DNA of 56,560 nucleotides from a virus (Duplodnaviria; Caudoviricetes): IMG/VR virus record IMGVR_UViG_3300020179_000002, positions 1 to 56,560 of that record; one strand, 5' to 3'. Shown piece by piece: positions 54,893 to 56,560 of this stretch (position 1 is its first letter; each line of letters starts with the position of its first letter). The notes under the pieces were generated by a model. It saw only the letters and a program-made list of their open reading frames with translations, ran no database searches and was not told where the DNA came from. The position numbers and the translations under genes were made by a program.

Positions 54893-55884
54893 ATGCGACC
54901 GAGAAGGCGGAGATGCAGGTCTCCGAAGCTCCCGACGGCTCGGCAATCGTCGAGATGGTGACGCCCGAGGAGATAAACACTGAGCAAAAACTCGAGCAAA
55001 TCGGGGTGCAAAATGGTTTTGAGCGCGCTAATGCTAGTGCGGATTCGGACGATGCTGATGACGTCGATCCGGAAAGAGAAGCGATTCGGGCGGCAAGGCG
55101 TGAAGAGCGGCATCTTAAAAAGCGCTTGACCAAAGCGAAAATCGAGGAGTCGAGCCACGTTATCAATTCGCTACGCCGCGAGAACGAGCGAATGGCCGAA
55201 CGGCTGGCGGTCCTCGAACGAAAGACTGCAGGATCGGACCTTGCGCGACTCGATAAAGCGATCGAAGACTCGCAGGTCCGGATGACGTACGCCAAGATGA
55301 AAATCAAAGAGGCGACCGAGCAGGCGGACGGTGCGGGTCTGGCTGAAGCCCAAGAGGCGTGGTATGAGGCGAGGCGTCAAGCGGAAGCGCTCGAGGCGCT
55401 GAAGCGTAAAGCGGTGCAGCAAGGTCCGAATTCGAATGTGCCGCAAGCGCCGGATCCGACGCTCAAAAAGCATGCCTCGAATTGGATGGCTCGGAACGAC
55501 TGGTACGATCCCAACGGGCGGGATATGGACTCGCAGATCACCACCAAGATCGACGAGCAGTTGACCAAAGAGGGCTGGGATCCGAAGACCCCCGATTACT
55601 GGGAGGAGCTGGATAATAGATTGACAAAATACCTGCCTCACAGGTACAATTCGTCCAACGATGACCGTTCGTCATCCAATCGGAGACCTCGTTCCGTGGT
55701 TACTGGCTCAGGAAGAGAATCTGCTCATGGCAATCGCAACGATAGTAATGCGGGTTTTCATCTGTCGCCAGAACGGGTTTTAGCAATCAAAGAAGCAGGG
55801 CGGTGGGACAATCTCGCTGAACGCAAGAAAATGATCGCTAAATACATGGAATACGACCGTATGCACGGTACAAGGGGTAGTTGA
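54889..55884 (+). CDS. Capsid scaffolding protein
   Basis: Acidic N-terminus, long coiled coil, W..RNDW motif, short C-terminal helix; upstream of the capsid genes. Confidence 0.7.
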   Translation: MNATEKAEMQVSEAPDGSAIVEMVTPEEINTEQKLEQIGVQNGFERANASADSDDADDVDPEREAIRAARREERHLKKRLTKAKIEESSHVINSLRRENERMAERLAVLERKTAGSDLARLDKAIEDSQVRMTYAKMKIKEATEQADGAGLAEAQEAWYEARRQAEALEALKRKAVQQGPNSNVPQAPDPTLKKHASNWMARNDWYDPNGRDMDSQITTKIDEQLTKEGWDPKTPDYWEELDNRLTKYLPHRYNSSNDDRSSSNRRPRSVVTGSGRESAHGNRNDSNAGFHLSPERVLAIKEAGRWDNLAERKKMIAKYMEYDRMHGTRGS

Positions 55885-55885
55885 T

Positions 55886-56422
55886 ATGAGAGACGAACGA
55901 CTCAAAAAGAATCTTTCGGCAGGTGGCCGCGAGTCCCGCGCAATGCAGGACGAAAGAAAGGCAGCTGACGAGAGCTTGGCAAGCAGCCGCGAACGTCGTA
56001 GGATGTTCAGAGATGAGTGGATGCAAGAATCCCTCCCCAAACCACCCGGAATTCCGGGGTTTCATCTTTGTTGGCTTTCCTCCACCAATGGCTACGATCC
56101 AATCCACAAGCGATTGCGGATGGGTTACACGCCGGTAAAACCCGAGGAAGTTCCTGGCTTTGAGAATTACCGAGTGAAAGCAGGGGAACACGAAGGCTTT
56201 ATCGCTTGTAACGAAATGCTACTGTACAAGATCCCGGAAGAGATTTACCAAGGGATCATGGAAGAATTTCACCACTACGCTCCCCAAGACGAAGCGGACA
56301 AAATCCGAATTCAGGCTGAGCAGCAATTGGGTCGAGATTCGCGCGGTAGATCTCTCGGCAGTCTTGAAGGTGATGGCATTGCCTCCATGGATGAAGTACG
56401 TCCCGTTCCAGTGTTTAACTGA
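55886..56422 (+). CDS. Conserved head-module hypothetical protein
   Basis: 178 aa; PGFHLCWLS...GYTPV...MLLYKIP. Confidence 0.7.
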   Translation: MRDERLKKNLSAGGRESRAMQDERKAADESLASSRERRRMFRDEWMQESLPKPPGIPGFHLCWLSSTNGYDPIHKRLRMGYTPVKPEEVPGFENYRVKAGEHEGFIACNEMLLYKIPEEIYQGIMEEFHHYAPQDEADKIRIQAEQQLGRDSRGRSLGSLEGDGIASMDEVRPVPVFN

Positions 56423-56433
56423 CGGATACTTTA

Positions 56434-56560
56434 TTTAGGAGATATCGATGTCTGCAACATCTGCTCCGTTTGGCTTGCGTCCAGCATTTCACCCGTCGGG
56501 TCTGGACAGAGCTGCCGCGCTTGCCAACGGTATTCAGGCCGTTTCCACTTCCGGAAACGT
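56434..56560. repeat. Terminal direct repeat, copy 2
   Basis: Identical to 1-127. Confidence 0.95.

Noticed and set aside
56434-56560. 127-bp terminal repeat as a biological DTR
   Set aside because: It matches a common assembler k-mer length and cuts through a CDS; it shows circularity, not the physical ends

Overview
The window is an apparently complete, circularly assembled dsDNA tailed phage genome of about 56,433 bp. Bases 1-127 repeat exactly at 56434-56560, and every credible gene lies on the + strand. Gene order: capsid and accessory head genes, tail fibres, lysis genes, podovirus-like adaptor/nozzle and ejection proteins (to 25.8 kb); a replication module (AEP primase, SNF2 helicase, UvrD-like helicase, SSB-like proteins, family A polymerase); a complete 2-aminoadenine (Z-genome) cassette dpoZ-purZ-mazZ-datZ, followed by an NrdR-like Zn ribbon and a Zn-dependent HDAC-family deacetylase; small early genes behind near-consensus sigma70 promoters; then terminase, portal, GroES-like and scaffold genes. 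Beyond the Z pathway, the most unusual signals are: (i) a [YFLM]-x-x-G-G motif that separates modules in several probable virion-cargo polyproteins, which carry GNAT-like and ADP-ribosyltransferase-like domains and three copies of a module with twin-arginine (SRR) motifs, one of them translationally coupled to the deacetylase; (ii) two homologous ~250-bp nested palindromes of TGTTCCA/TGGAACA repeats, in inverted orientation, bracketing the whole early/replication module; (iii) three parS-like 16-mers with no phage parAB; (iv) three promoter-driven candidate small RNAs with anti-Shine-Dalgarno-like single-stranded segments. All calls come from motif reading by eye; no database searches were run.
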